From the NCBI GenBank assembly GCA_963749915.1, contig CAVVOP010000011.1, positions 1 through 64,000 of the forward strand: a DNA stretch of 64,000 nt. Reading direction: 5' to 3'. The stretch is from an uncultured cyanobacterium. GTDB taxonomy: Bacteria; Cyanobacteriota; Cyanobacteriia; Cyanobacteriales; Cyanobacteriaceae. Position 1 is the first letter of the stretch. Each line of letters opens with the position of its first letter. The notes under the pieces were generated by a model. It was not told the DNA's origin. It did not search any database and saw only the letters and a list, made by a program, of their open reading frames with translations. Shown here one piece after another: positions 42,785 to 54,307 of the stretch. The position numbers and the translations under genes were made by a program.

Positions 42785-43981
42785 ATGCTTGATTTAGCCA
42801 AATTAGCTTCAAAAATGCCGAATATGGGGCAGGAAATGCAAAAAGATGCCTTAGCTAGTGTCGAAAGGTTAAAACTAGCTCAATCTCTACTTGTTAAAAC
42901 TCAGGAACAACAAGATACTTTCATTAAAACACAGGAAGAATGGAGGGATCGCTTAATTTTTACGGCGGCAACTCCTCTGGAATCGATAACTACTTGTGTT
43001 GATGTAGAATCTGCCCCTGTCAATCATAGCGTATTTTCTGCCGACGGCTCACAAATAGCCCCTTCTCATCACGAAATCGCTTACTGTTATTTAATTAATA
43101 TTGGGCGGATTATGTTGCATTATGGGCAAAATTTACATCCTCTTCTTGATACTTTACCCGAAATTTACTATAAGTCTGAAGATTTATACGCTTCCCGAAA
43201 ATGGGGCATTCGTACGGAAGAATGGATGAGTTATCGGCGCACGGTTGCCGAAGCTGAAGTGTTGGCAGAAATGGCTTGTACATGGGTTAATCCGCCGGGT
43301 GCCCATTTTAATGTCCCCAATTTAGCCATGACCGATGGTTCGTTAATCTACTGGTTTTTGGAAACTATAGCCGTGGAAGCTAGAGAGCAAATTTTAACTC
43401 CCATTTTACAGGCATGGGAGCAATTACGACAAGCCAATATTCCTTTTGTGGGTTATGTTAGTGCTTCCCGCAGTATGGAAGCAATTAATTTTCTTCGTTT
43501 TCCCCAATGCACCTATGATAATCCTAATTGTGTCGTTTTTTGCGGTGAAGAAATCAATAAAACTCCCTGTCAAAAAGTTGAGCCAATACGAGATGCTACT
43601 TTATGGAGTAGTACATTGAAGCCTCGCCAAAGAAGTGCACTTTTTCGCAGTAACTCCCGAATTTTGGATTTATATGGAGAAAAACAACATATTTACTTCT
43701 GTTATCTTCATGTAAATACGGAAGTCGCCCGTTTAGAGTTTCCTCAGTGGGTAGCGGAAGATTCTACTTTACTCAATCAGGCTTTAAGTATTACCCTCAC
43801 CCAAGTTGATAAAGGTTTTGGTTATCCAGTTGCTTTAGCTGAAGCCCATAATTTGGCCGTAGTTAAAGGTAGCGATCGCAGTCGTTTCTTTGCACTACTA
43901 GAAGAGCAAATGATTAAGGCAGGGTTAAGAAACGTTGGTACCTCCTATAAGGAAGCACGTAAACGAGGCAGTATAGCTTAA
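42785..43981 (+). CDS. NurA-family nuclease
   Basis: DGSQI.P, DGSL, GYPVALAEAH..AVV. Confidence 0.87.
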   Translation: MLDLAKLASKMPNMGQEMQKDALASVERLKLAQSLLVKTQEQQDTFIKTQEEWRDRLIFTAATPLESITTCVDVESAPVNHSVFSADGSQIAPSHHEIAYCYLINIGRIMLHYGQNLHPLLDTLPEIYYKSEDLYASRKWGIRTEEWMSYRRTVAEAEVLAEMACTWVNPPGAHFNVPNLAMTDGSLIYWFLETIAVEAREQILTPILQAWEQLRQANIPFVGYVSASRSMEAINFLRFPQCTYDNPNCVVFCGEEINKTPCQKVEPIRDATLWSSTLKPRQRSALFRSNSRILDLYGEKQHIYFCYLHVNTEVARLEFPQWVAEDSTLLNQALSITLTQVDKGFGYPVALAEAHNLAVVKGSDRSRFFALLEEQMIKAGLRNVGTSYKEARKRGSIA

Positions 43982-44063
43982 TGTTAATTAAGCTAAAACA
44001 ATAATCAATCTTGCTAAATTTTCGGACTAGAGAGGTAAACTGGAATTACCTTCCCAATCAAAA

Positions 44064-46631
44064 ATGATGAAACTAGCCGAACCAATTTCTTCTTATCAAC
44101 TGGAAAATATGTCCTCTCCTCAATGGGTAGAAGTCTTAGTGGATTGTGTCTATGCTGAAGGATTATACATTTACAAAACAAAATCCGACACTGTCATCAA
44201 GGCTGGTGATATCGTGAGTATTCCTTTTGGTAACGCGATCGTAGGCGGTATTGTCATCAAATTATTGTTTCAAAACCCCGAAAATTTGGCCATAGAGAAT
44301 ATTAAAGAAATTGACGATATTATTACTACTGGCTTTTTTCCTGCTCATTATTGGGAATTATTAGAGCGTACTGCCGAATATTATCTCACAGATTTAATTA
44401 ATGTGGTAAGGGTTGCTTTACCGCCCAAATTATTAGGCAAATCCCAAAGGCGGGTAAGGCTTTTAAGACAAAATATTCCCGAGGATAGTGAAAATGATTC
44501 CACCGTCAATCAGTGGGAAGTGATCAAGTTACTAAAACAAAGTAAGACAGGAGATTATACCTACAGTTTCATCAATCAGAAAGTAAAAAACGCTAGACAG
44601 GCCATTAACGGGTTAGTTAAGAGACAATGGCTAGAAATTTATTTGCAACCCCCCACAAAAGCAACGCCAAAATTAACAAAAGTGGTAACATTTCTCGGTG
44701 AAAATGAAGACAGTCAACTCACTCAAAAACAACGGGACGTCTTAAGGGTTTTAAAAAATCGTGGTGGTGAATTACCTTTACCGGAATTATTGAGAATCTG
44801 CGAATTAAATAGTAATTCTGTGGTGAATACCTTGGCCAATAAAGGTTGTGTTCTGATTCAAGAAAGGGAAACTTTGCGCCTCTTACAAGACTCCTCCCCG
44901 GAAAAAGATCTTCCCAAAACCTTGACAAAAGAGCAAAGTCGTGCGTTAGGAATTATCAACAGTTTAGATTGTTATTCGACGGTATTATTACACGGAGTCA
45001 CAGGATCAGGGAAAACCGAAGTATATCTACAGGCGATCGCACCTATTCTACAAGGAAAAAAATCCGCCCTAGTCTTAGTACCAGAAATAGGCTTAACTCC
45101 TCAATTAACCGATCGATTTAGGGCAAGATTCGGGGATAAAGTCTGCGTATATCACAGCGCCTTAAGTGACGGGGAAAGATATGACACATGGCGACAGATG
45201 TTAAGAGGGGAATCCCAAGTTATCATTGGCACTCGCAGTGCAGTTTTTGCACCATTACCGAACATCGCTATGATCATCTTAGATGAAGAACACGACACCA
45301 GCTTCAAACAACATCAACCTATCCCCACCTATCATGCCGTTAAAATAGCCCAATATCGGGCAGAATTGCTTAATTGTCCCCTAATTTTGGGTTCTGCAAC
45401 CCCATCTCTCGAAAGTTGGCGTCTAGCTACCGAAAATAAGCCTTTAATACCCCTAGATTCTCAATTCCACCCTCAGATTCGCCCCATTGAAGACGGGAGA
45501 GATCTTTCCCCTGCAGAATTAAGTAAAAAAGAGCACAACTATTACTTATCCTTACCTAACCGTATTCAAAATCGCCCCTTACCGCCAGTGGAAATTGTGG
45601 ATATGCGCCAAGAATTGAGAAAAGGCAACCGCAGTATTTTTAGTCATAGCCTTCGAGATGCCTTAAATAACCTCAAAACTGACGGAAAACAGGCCATTTT
45701 ATTTATTTCCCGGCGGGGACATAGCACTTTTGTCTCTTGTCGTAGCTGTGGCTATGTGATGGAATGCCCCCATTGTGATGTATCCTTATCCTACCATTAC
45801 ACCCAGGTCGGAGCAACAGAGTTATTACGTTGTCATTATTGCAATCATACCGAGTTACATCCGAAAAAATGTCCTCAATGTTTTTCTCCCTATCTCAAGT
45901 TTTTTGGTACGGGTACACAAAAAGTCCTATTAGAGTTAGAAAAAGAGTTTCCTGATTTAAAAGTCCTACGTTTCGACAGTGATACTACTAGCACAAAAAA
46001 TGCTCACCGCCGTATTTTAGAGGATTTTACCCAAGGAAAAGCAGATGTTTTAATCGGCACTCAAATGTTAACAAAAGGCATCGATTTAGCCCAAGTAACC
46101 CTTGTGGGTGTAGTTTCTGCTGATGGTTTACTCTTCCATTCCGATTATAGAGCCAGTGAGAGGGCTTTTCAAACTTTAACTCAAGTGGCAGGGCGTGCAG
46201 GTAGGGGTGATGATGCGGGGAAAGTGATTCTTCAAACTTACTCCCCAGAACATCCCGTTATTCAATCCGTCAGACACCATGATTATTTAAGTTTTTGTCA
46301 ACGAGAATTAGAAGAAAGAGCCACTTTAGATTATCCTCCTTATGGTAATTTAATTTTACTGAGGTTTAGTGGTATTGATGGCAATAAAGTTAGACAATCT
46401 GCTGATGTGATCGCTGATATTTGTGCCAATTTATTACCAAATAATATCGAAATTTTGGGTCCTGCCCCAGCGAATGTGATGAGGGTAGCAAGGCGTTATC
46501 GTTGGCAAATATTACTAAAATCTGCAAATATTTTTACGGTGGAAATAAAGCAAAAATTATCAACTTTAAAACAGTATTGCCATAGTGGAGTATCCCTAGT
46601 AATTGACGCTGATCCTTTGATAATTGAGTGA
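44064..46631 (+). CDS. priA: Primosomal protein N'
   Basis: GVTGSGKTEVY, DEEH, GSATPS, four CxxC, QVAGRAGR. Confidence 0.97.
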   Translation: MMKLAEPISSYQLENMSSPQWVEVLVDCVYAEGLYIYKTKSDTVIKAGDIVSIPFGNAIVGGIVIKLLFQNPENLAIENIKEIDDIITTGFFPAHYWELLERTAEYYLTDLINVVRVALPPKLLGKSQRRVRLLRQNIPEDSENDSTVNQWEVIKLLKQSKTGDYTYSFINQKVKNARQAINGLVKRQWLEIYLQPPTKATPKLTKVVTFLGENEDSQLTQKQRDVLRVLKNRGGELPLPELLRICELNSNSVVNTLANKGCVLIQERETLRLLQDSSPEKDLPKTLTKEQSRALGIINSLDCYSTVLLHGVTGSGKTEVYLQAIAPILQGKKSALVLVPEIGLTPQLTDRFRARFGDKVCVYHSALSDGERYDTWRQMLRGESQVIIGTRSAVFAPLPNIAMIILDEEHDTSFKQHQPIPTYHAVKIAQYRAELLNCPLILGSATPSLESWRLATENKPLIPLDSQFHPQIRPIEDGRDLSPAELSKKEHNYYLSLPNRIQNRPLPPVEIVDMRQELRKGNRSIFSHSLRDALNNLKTDGKQAILFISRRGHSTFVSCRSCGYVMECPHCDVSLSYHYTQVGATELLRCHYCNHTELHPKKCPQCFSPYLKFFGTGTQKVLLELEKEFPDLKVLRFDSDTTSTKNAHRRILEDFTQGKADVLIGTQMLTKGIDLAQVTLVGVVSADGLLFHSDYRASERAFQTLTQVAGRAGRGDDAGKVILQTYSPEHPVIQSVRHHDYLSFCQRELEERATLDYPPYGNLILLRFSGIDGNKVRQSADVIADICANLLPNNIEILGPAPANVMRVARRYRWQILLKSANIFTVEIKQKLSTLKQYCHSGVSLVIDADPLIIE

Positions 46632-46732
46632 TATAAATTGTAAGCGTTCAGAGGATTACGCAACTAAAGGCATAGACTCATCTTTACTTAATTTTTGTTG
46701 CACTACAAAATTTTTAACTTTTTAAAACAGTA

Positions 46733-47383
46733 TCAACCTCTAATTGAAATTGCCCATTCTCTAATCTTTTGACGAATTGTTCTTCTACCTGAGTTACGAT
46801 ATTGATTGATAATAGTTGGTATTTCTTGGACAGAAAGATTGGGGAAAACGAAGCTAGATTCTGATTCTTGATATGTTTCATCTTCCCCCAGTAAATAAAT
46901 TTTCAATTCTCCATCATCATAACTCCAGATTTCGGGAACTTCTAAACGAGCATAGATGGGAAAGCGATCGAGAGATTTACTGGTAATATCTATTTCTAAG
47001 ACCAAATCAGGAGGAGGATCTTGATTTAAATCATAATCTAATTTACCGCGAATTTTCGACTCATTTTGAAAATAAAAACAATTATCAGGCTCAACTCCCG
47101 CCATTTTTGACTGTTTACGCCAAGTAGTCGAACCCAGACTCTCATAATCCCTATTTAAAACTTCCGCTATATCTTTAATGCAATCGCCAATACTTTCCTT
47201 ATAGTACTCATGTTCAGGTAAAGGGGTCATAATTTCTAATGTTCCGTTATCATAAGCCACACGAGTACCACGACATTCTCCCAATTCCCCCAGAATGTTT
47301 TCAAATTGTTGCCAACTCAGATTATGTAATAAGACTCGATCACGAAGTGGCGCTGGGCGATCAGCACAATTTTGAGTAAGCAT
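46733..47383 (-). CDS. Uma2 family endonuclease
   Basis: LEIMTPLPEHE, EPDNCFY, PPDLVLEIDITS. Confidence 0.92.
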   Translation of the reverse strand: MLTQNCADRPAPLRDRVLLHNLSWQQFENILGELGECRGTRVAYDNGTLEIMTPLPEHEYYKESIGDCIKDIAEVLNRDYESLGSTTWRKQSKMAGVEPDNCFYFQNESKIRGKLDYDLNQDPPPDLVLEIDITSKSLDRFPIYARLEVPEIWSYDDGELKIYLLGEDETYQESESSFVFPNLSVQEIPTIINQYRNSGRRTIRQKIREWAISIRG

Positions 47384-47470
47384 AAATGACTGATGGTATA
47401 GGGTTTTATTGATAATTGTAACTCAAATCAATACTGCAAGGGATTTGCCCGAAAACGCTCTGGCGAGGGA

Positions 47471-47610
47471 AATTTAGAATTTAGAATTTAGAATTTAGAA
47501 TTTAGAATAACTTTTTCGGAAGATTATTCACGGAAAAATAATATTTCCGAACTCTGAACTCCGAACTCCGCCCCGCTTGCGGCAGGAGCGAAGCGACCTC
47601 TCCGAACTCC
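47471..47610. repeat. STRR heptamer arrays
   Basis: (AATTTAG)x5 at ~47472-47506 and CCGAACT-type units at ~47547-47610. AATTGTT-type arrays also at ~16030, 26840, 35865, 37630 and 62500. Confidence 0.85.
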
Positions 47611-47711
47611 CCAAACCGACAATTATATTTTCCAAAACCTTCGCAGTATTGTGATACGTTTAATGTTTCTGATTATAGTTAAATTGATAATTGCGGTGTT
47701 TTTCCTTGACA

Positions 47712-48866
47712 TTAAGCTACTAAAACTTCTTCGCATAGTTTGTCTTCTAAATCCGTCTCCTCTTGTTTGACAGTTGCGATGGCATGTCGGATGATTTCGG
47801 TAATGGATAACCCTTGTTTGTATTGCTGCAACCATTGTTGAGCCTGATTACCCTGTTCAAGGATTTTGTAGGCGGGAGTTAAAAAACAAGCAAATCCTTT
47901 AGTTTTAGCAATGGGGTATAATTCGCTGATTAATTCCTCTAACCAATCACGAGCGATAATCTTACTACCATCTTGCCAACGATATAATACAGCATCCAAA
48001 CTATTTTCACTGACGGCTTGTTCATTGTATTTTGTGATTTTTAGAAATTCCGTCTCCAAATCACCGTGATTAATAGTACTTTGTTGTAAAGGATCTAAAG
48101 TGTGATCAGTCAAAATTTTAAAAATTCTGGCCTCTAAAATAGCGGTTATAGCTAGCAGATGAATGGGGTTTAAGACTAAATCACAAATTCTCAATTCGAG
48201 ACGATTTAAGCTGTAAGGACGATTATCACCATTCGGACGCACTGAACACCATAAATGTCTAACATTTTGCATTGTGCCTAAAAATAATTGTTGCTTAGTC
48301 CAGTCGATAAAATGAGCATGATTGGTAAATAAAGGCACGTTTTCGGGGGTTTGAGGAAATAAATGCCAACGGGTAGAATGATAACCCGTAACCCGATTGT
48401 CTAAGAAAGGAGAAGAGGCGCTCAACGCCAATAATAAGGGTGCTTCTAATCTAATTAAACGGTAAGCTTGGATTAGTTTTTCCGTATCTTCAATACCGAT
48501 GTTAATGTGAATGCTAGCGGTAGCTATTTTTGTATGATAAGTTTGCTCAATATAGTCATGATAATGATTATCGGGATCTGAGCGGAAAAATCGGCTACTG
48601 TCCCCTAATGACAGAGTACTACCCGGAACAATAGTATAATTACCCAAGGATTGAAGATATTGTCGCAAGTCTCGTCGGGGACGTAATAAAGCACACAATA
48701 GGCGATCGTAATTGCACAGAGGAGCGGTAGTATATTCTACATTACGACTATCCGGTTCTCGGACAAAACCGTGTAAATCCCTCACAATTTGACTAGAAAG
48801 CCCGGTTACCTCACCTTCCTTAGTGCCTGTATAAACCTCAACTTCAAATCCTTTCGATAACAGCAC
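47712..48866 (-). CDS. gshA: Glutamate--cysteine ligase, cyanobacterial type
   Basis: KGFEVE.YTG, EPDSRNVEY.T, ASIHINIG, VRPNG..RP..LNRLELRICD. Confidence 0.9.
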   Translation of the reverse strand: MLLSKGFEVEVYTGTKEGEVTGLSSQIVRDLHGFVREPDSRNVEYTTAPLCNYDRLLCALLRPRRDLRQYLQSLGNYTIVPGSTLSLGDSSRFFRSDPDNHYHDYIEQTYHTKIATASIHINIGIEDTEKLIQAYRLIRLEAPLLLALSASSPFLDNRVTGYHSTRWHLFPQTPENVPLFTNHAHFIDWTKQQLFLGTMQNVRHLWCSVRPNGDNRPYSLNRLELRICDLVLNPIHLLAITAILEARIFKILTDHTLDPLQQSTINHGDLETEFLKITKYNEQAVSENSLDAVLYRWQDGSKIIARDWLEELISELYPIAKTKGFACFLTPAYKILEQGNQAQQWLQQYKQGLSITEIIRHAIATVKQEETDLEDKLCEEVLVA

Positions 48867-49094
48867 ATTTTTTCCTCAATCATTGCTCTATATTTCAATT
48901 ATCAACGATTCTAGTCTTCATTACAACCAATGATCTTCCCTATTTTAACCCTCAAGGTAATTATTTAAGAATGGGGAAGGAGAACATAAATTTTATTGTT
49001 GTTTTTATTTTTTCTCTATTTTCCCTTATTTTTTGCCTTTGTTTCTTTAATTCAGAGCCATTTTGCGTCAGTCCTGAAAATGTTACTTGACAAC

Positions 49095-49167
49095 AGCCAT
49101 CTATCGGACTTGAACCGACAACCTTATCATTACAAGTGATGTGCTCTACCAATTGAGCTAAGATGGC
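49095..49167 (-). tRNA. tRNA-Thr(UGU)
   Basis: GCCATCT-TAGCTCAATTGGTAGAGC-A-CATCA-CTTGTAA-TGATA-AGGTT-GTCGG-TTCAAGT-CCGAT-AGATGGC-T cloverleaf; CCA not encoded. Confidence 0.95.
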
Positions 49168-49537
49168 AATGATTTTAACAATATTTGAGAAGACCTATTG
49201 AATCTCTTTTTCTACCCCACGGACTATTATAACTAATCACATCTGGGGTTTGTCAAGGTAATTATCCTGAGGGCCAGGAGAATCCCTGGAAGCTGTGCCG
49301 TAATTCTCATTTTGCAAAGATATTAGCTATAGTTTTTGATATGACAAAAAGAACTCAGGAAAATTTTGTCCAAAAAATGCTAGAGTTATCACTTTATAAC
49401 AACAATGTATAAATAATTTTGTTCACCTACTTATAACAATATTTCTGCTTCTTCTTACCCATTGCTAATTGATTGATCTATGGTCATAAATCATTGATAA
49501 TTGATCCATGATCATAAGCGAACGTAGCATTAACATT

Positions 49538-50464
49538 ATGGTACAAACCGATTTAAAACCAACTTTAATGTCCTATTCTGATTTTGATTTAAAAATCTAT
49601 TTACAGACAAAAAAAGACTTAGTTGAAAAGGCTTTAGATGAATCTTTACCGATGGCTGAGCCTGAGAAAATTTACGAAGCAATGCGTTATTCCCTCTTAG
49701 CAGGAGGAAAAAGATTACGTCCGATTCTTTGCTTGGCAACGGCGGAATTATTGGCAGAAAATGAAATGGTAGCCATGCCTACGGCTTGTGCCTTGGAAAT
49801 GATTCATACGATGTCATTAATTCATGATGACCTCCCGGCGATGGATAATGACGACTATCGTCGAGGTAGGTTAACAAATCATAAGGTTTATGGGGAAGAT
49901 ATAGCGATTTTGGCAGGGGATGGTTTATTGGCTTATGCCTTTGAATATGTGGCAGAAAATACCAAAAATATCCCAGCAGAAAGAATCGTTAAAGTATTAG
50001 CTATCTTAGGTAAAGCCGTTGGTGCCCATGGTTTAGTTGGTGGGCAAGTTATGGATTTGGATTACGAGGGTAAATCGGATGTTACCGCAGAAACTTTGAC
50101 TTTTATTCACAGTCGCAAAACGGGCACTTTGTTGGAAGCTTGTGTGTCTTGCGGTGCGGTGTTAGCAGGTGCACCTTCTACGGATTTAACTCGTTTATCG
50201 ATGTATGCTCAAAATATTGGTTTGGCTTTTCAGATTATTGATGATATTCTTGATGTTACTGCTACCAGTGAGGAGTTAGGTAAAACCGCAGGAAAGGATA
50301 TTTCTGCCCAAAAAGCTACTTATCCTAAACTTTGGGGTATCGAAACCTCTCAGGCTAAGGCGGAAGAATTAGTTAAAAACGCCATAGCACAATTAGCGGA
50401 ATATGGTCAAAAAGCCTTGCCGTTACAAGCTATTGCGGAATATATTGTCAAGCGCAAAAATTAG
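49538..50464 (+). CDS. crtE: Geranylgeranyl diphosphate synthase
   Basis: [37 protein letters not shown]. Confidence 0.95.
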   Translation: MVQTDLKPTLMSYSDFDLKIYLQTKKDLVEKALDESLPMAEPEKIYEAMRYSLLAGGKRLRPILCLATAELLAENEMVAMPTACALEMIHTMSLIHDDLPAMDNDDYRRGRLTNHKVYGEDIAILAGDGLLAYAFEYVAENTKNIPAERIVKVLAILGKAVGAHGLVGGQVMDLDYEGKSDVTAETLTFIHSRKTGTLLEACVSCGAVLAGAPSTDLTRLSMYAQNIGLAFQIIDDILDVTATSEELGKTAGKDISAQKATYPKLWGIETSQAKAEELVKNAIAQLAEYGQKALPLQAIAEYIVKRKN

Positions 50465-50473
50465 GCGAGGAAA

Positions 50474-50935
50474 ATGCAGGTTTTTATTGAAATATTCACC
50501 AATCGTTTAATTGTTATTCCCCTACTTGCCTGTATTCTGGCACAAGTAATTAAGGTTTCCGTCGATACTGTTACCCATCGTAAGTTTAGTTTCCGTTATC
50601 TTGTTAGTACTGGGGGGATGCCAAGTTCTCATTCTGCCCTGGTAGGGGCTTTGGCTACGGGAGTTGGTCAAATTTTAGGATGGTCGTCTCCAGAATTTGC
50701 CATTGCCTCCATATTTGCTGGTATAGTAATGTATGATGCCGCTGGAGTTAGGCAAGCCGCCGGAAAACAGGCAAAAATATTGAATCAAATAATGGATGAA
50801 TTTCTTAATCATGAAGACTTAAACGAAGAAAAACTAAAAGAATTATTAGGGCATACACCTTTTCAAGTTTTAGTGGGTTTATTGTTAGGAATTTTAAGCT
50901 CAATATTTCTGTTACCATTACTCCCTAATATCTAA
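50474..50935 (+). CDS. Divergent PAP2 (DUF212) protein
   Basis: GGMPSSHSA, MYDAAGVR, LKELLGHTP. Confidence 0.92.
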   Translation: MQVFIEIFTNRLIVIPLLACILAQVIKVSVDTVTHRKFSFRYLVSTGGMPSSHSALVGALATGVGQILGWSSPEFAIASIFAGIVMYDAAGVRQAAGKQAKILNQIMDEFLNHEDLNEEKLKELLGHTPFQVLVGLLLGILSSIFLLPLLPNI

Positions 50936-50999
50936 GTTTTACTGCTAGAATCAGTATTCCTATTTTTTTTTGCCATTAAATTTTTTCTTTCTATCAATT

Positions 51000-51791
51000 A
51001 TGAAAACTGCACTAATAACAGGGGCATCTTCGGGTATTGGCAAGGCTTTTGCCGAAGAGTTGGCACAACGTAACTATAATTTAGTTATCGTAGCACGATC
51101 GCAATCAGCTTTAACAGCACTTAAGGAAAAATTGGAATCTACTCATCAAATTACGGTCACTGTTCTTGTCCAAGATTTGAGTTTACCCCATGGTGGCCAA
51201 TCTATTTTTAATGAAGTTAAATCTAAAAATATTACTGTAGATTTATTAATTAATAATGCTGGTTTTGGTGATTATGGTAAATTTGCTGACCGCACATTGC
51301 AAAAGCAGTTGAACATGATACAAGTAAATATTGCCGCCCTGGTAGAATTAACTTATTTATTTTTAGGGGAAATGACAAAACGCAACAGTGGAGAAATTAT
51401 CAATGTAAGCTCCATCGCCGGTTATCAACCGTTACCTTATTTATCAGTATATGCCGCTACAAAAGCCTTTGTTTTGTCATTTTCGGAGGCACTTTGGGCA
51501 GAATATAAGGAGTATGATATCAAAGTTTTAGCCCTATCTCCTGGCCCTACAAAATCAAATTTTCCGGAAGTAGCAGAATTTCCTAATTCCTCAAGTTTTA
51601 ATGATAGTAAAAATTCGCTCACAACGGCGGAAGAAGTTGTAAAGAATGCCCTTTTGGCCCTAGAAAAACAACAATCTAATGTTGTTACAGGAGGAGTCGG
51701 TAATCAAATTATTGTCAATTTAGGGAGATTTTTTCCTAGGGAAGTTATTGTTAGTGGTGTAGAAAAACAATTTCGTCAAAAGAATAAATGA
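51000..51791 (+). CDS. Short-chain dehydrogenase/reductase
   Basis: TGASSGIG, NNAG, YAATK. Confidence 0.93.
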   Translation: MKTALITGASSGIGKAFAEELAQRNYNLVIVARSQSALTALKEKLESTHQITVTVLVQDLSLPHGGQSIFNEVKSKNITVDLLINNAGFGDYGKFADRTLQKQLNMIQVNIAALVELTYLFLGEMTKRNSGEIINVSSIAGYQPLPYLSVYAATKAFVLSFSEALWAEYKEYDIKVLALSPGPTKSNFPEVAEFPNSSSFNDSKNSLTTAEEVVKNALLALEKQQSNVVTGGVGNQIIVNLGRFFPREVIVSGVEKQFRQKNK

Positions 51792-51865
51792 GGTAATAAA
51801 AAGTGGTGGTACTATAGGGAAATATTGAATTTATAGTAAGCGTTCAGGGGGTTATGCAGCTAAAT

Positions 51866-52017
51866 GGTTCATGGCGGAGCTCCCCACATTCTTTGACTCT
51901 CCGCTATTTTTTCAAATTTTAACCCTCTTTTGAGTATTTCCGTTACAAAATTCAAAATTCAGTCCAATTATCGGGAAATATTTTGCTCCCCAAAAATTCG
52001 GATTTCGACAGCCTACC
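51866..52017. repeat. 152-bp dispersed repeat, copy 2
   Basis: Matches 8798-8949 with one mismatch, same orientation. Confidence 0.85.
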
Positions 52018-52112
52018 CTAACCCCTTTTATTAAGTATTTATGTACTGGTGCAAGATCTGAGTAAAAGAGGATGATAAGCTTGTTAAATATTAAAGGTGA
52101 TTAAATAAAAAA

Positions 52113-54257
52113 ATGTTGAATATCCCTCAAGTTATTGCCAATGAATTATCTCTCAGTATTCAAAGTGTTGACGGTGCTTTAGAATTATTGACAGAAGGTG
52201 CTACAATTCCTTTTATTGCCCGTTATCGTAAAGAGCGTACAGGATCATTAAATGAAATTGAATTAAGGAATATTAATGATCGCTTTATCTATTTGCAAGA
52301 ATTAGAAAATCGTAAACAGGCTATTTTAGATAGTATTGCCTCTCAAAATCTACTCAGTGACCGATTAAAAGCCCAAATAACCGCCTGTTTGCAAAAAAAT
52401 GATCTTGAAGACCTTTACTTACCATTTAAGCCTAAAAGACGCACCCGTGCCATTATAGCTAAGGAAAAAGGTTTAACTCCTCTTGCTGAATTTATCAAAA
52501 ATCTTAATCATCCTCAAGCAAAACCCTCATCTATTGAAAAAGAAGCCGAAAAATATCTATCAGAAGAAGTAAAGACCATAGAAGAAGCATTAAATGGTGC
52601 TAGTGATATTCTGGCGGAGGATGTAGCCGAAAAAGCCGAACTAAGGGCTTATTTACGCGAATTTATCTTAGAAAATGGGGTATTTATTTCTCGTATCAAA
52701 GACGATTATCCCGAAGGTAGCACTAAGTTTGAAATGTACCGTAATTTTCAGAGCAAACTGACTAAAATTGCACCCCATAACATCCTTGCGTTATTTCGAG
52801 CAGAGGCGGAAAAAATCCTTATTTTAGATGTTGATTTTGATGATTCAAGGGTGATGAATTATCTTCAACTCAAGATAATTAAAACTAAAATTAATGCCGT
52901 GGGAGAATTTTATCAAGTAATGCTTAAAGATAGTTTCAATCGGTTGCTCAAACCGGCTTTAATTAGAGATGTACGTTCTGAAAAAAAAGCATGGGCGGAT
53001 CTGGAATCTATTAAAACCTTTGAAGCCAATTTGCGGGAGTTGTTATTGTCCCCTCCTGCCGGTATGAAAGCGACTTTAGCAATAGATCCTGGATTTCGGA
53101 CGGGTTGCAAGATAGCGATTCTCTCGGAAACAGGGCAGTTTTTGGAATATCAAGGGATTTTCCCGCACACTGGTAGTCAAAAAAGGACGATCGCCTCGGA
53201 CACCATTAAAAAGCTCATTCATAAGTATAATATAGAGTTAATTGCCATCGGCAATGGTACAGCCTCACGGGAGACAGACGAATTTATTACGGAAGTTTTA
53301 GCAAATATTGACCAAAAACCAGTTAAAGTTATGGTGAATGAGTCCGGTGCGTCCATTTATTCCGCCAGTGACGTGGCGATCGCCGAATTTCCCCACCTAG
53401 ATATTACCGTCAGAGGGGCAATTAGTATTGGCAGACGTTTACAAGACCCTTTAGCAGAGTTAGTTAAAATAGATCCAAAATCCATCGGTGTGGGACAATA
53501 TCAACATGATGTTGACCAAAAACTGCTGAAAAAAAACTTAGAAGAAACTGTCGAAAGTTGTGTTAATTATGTTGGGGTGGATTTGAATACTGCCTCCAAA
53601 GAATTGTTAATGTTTGTTTCCGGAATTAATCAAACTATAGCCAATAATATTGTTAGCTATCGGAACGAAAAAGGAGCATTTATAAGTAGAAAAGAATTAT
53701 TAAAAGTCAAAAAATTAGGGGCAAAAACCTTTGAATTAGCCGCAGGTTTTTTGCGTATTCGTGATGGCACAAATCCTTTAGATAATACGGCAGTGCATCC
53801 CGAAAGTTATGGAATTGTTCGGGCTATTTCTGCTGATTTGAAAATACCTTTATCTCAGATTTCTCAAATAGGTTCTCGTGTTCAAAGTCTAAATTTAAGA
53901 CAATATGTAACTGATAATATTGGTCTGCCTACTTTACAGGATATAATTAGTGAATTAGAAAAACCCGGAAGAGATCCTCGTGCTGAATTTCAATATGCAA
54001 CTTTTAAGGACGGAATCAAAGAAATTCGTGATTTAAAAGAAGGAATGGAGTTAGAAGGAATTGTCACCAATGTGGTTAATTTTGGTGCTTTTGTGGATGT
54101 AGGAGTACATCAAGATGGATTAGTGCATATCTCTCAATTGGCAGACAGGTTTGTGAACGATACTAAGGAAATTGTCAAAGTAGGGCAGGTGATAAAAGTG
54201 CGAGTTTTAGACGTAAATGAAAAATTAAATAGGATTAGTTTGTCTATGAAAACATGA
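52113..54257 (+). CDS. tex: Tex family RNA-binding protein
   Basis: TIPFIARYRKE, DPGFRTGCK, IGVGQYQHDV, C-terminal S1 domain. Confidence 0.94.
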   Translation: MLNIPQVIANELSLSIQSVDGALELLTEGATIPFIARYRKERTGSLNEIELRNINDRFIYLQELENRKQAILDSIASQNLLSDRLKAQITACLQKNDLEDLYLPFKPKRRTRAIIAKEKGLTPLAEFIKNLNHPQAKPSSIEKEAEKYLSEEVKTIEEALNGASDILAEDVAEKAELRAYLREFILENGVFISRIKDDYPEGSTKFEMYRNFQSKLTKIAPHNILALFRAEAEKILILDVDFDDSRVMNYLQLKIIKTKINAVGEFYQVMLKDSFNRLLKPALIRDVRSEKKAWADLESIKTFEANLRELLLSPPAGMKATLAIDPGFRTGCKIAILSETGQFLEYQGIFPHTGSQKRTIASDTIKKLIHKYNIELIAIGNGTASRETDEFITEVLANIDQKPVKVMVNESGASIYSASDVAIAEFPHLDITVRGAISIGRRLQDPLAELVKIDPKSIGVGQYQHDVDQKLLKKNLEETVESCVNYVGVDLNTASKELLMFVSGINQTIANNIVSYRNEKGAFISRKELLKVKKLGAKTFELAAGFLRIRDGTNPLDNTAVHPESYGIVRAISADLKIPLSQISQIGSRVQSLNLRQYVTDNIGLPTLQDIISELEKPGRDPRAEFQYATFKDGIKEIRDLKEGMELEGIVTNVVNFGAFVDVGVHQDGLVHISQLADRFVNDTKEIVKVGQVIKVRVLDVNEKLNRISLSMKT

Positions 54258-54307
54258 GACCTCTTGCAAAAGTCTTTTATGATATGACAGAAGAAGAGTG
54301 TTATTAA

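Noticed and set aside
45420..45545. Intein or mobile insert in PriA
   Set aside because: About 30 extra residues with no intein motifs or terminal repeats; reads as a variable loop.
47440..47640. CRISPR-like array
   Set aside because: Only heptamer tandem repeats, with no repeat-spacer periodicity. No cas genes seen in the window.
48961..49152. 63-aa ORF
   Set aside because: It is a translation of the tRNA-Thr gene and its trailer.
49000..49167. tRNA-Thr as an island integration site
   Set aside because: No integrase and no duplicated tRNA 3' end seen; the flanks are core genes.
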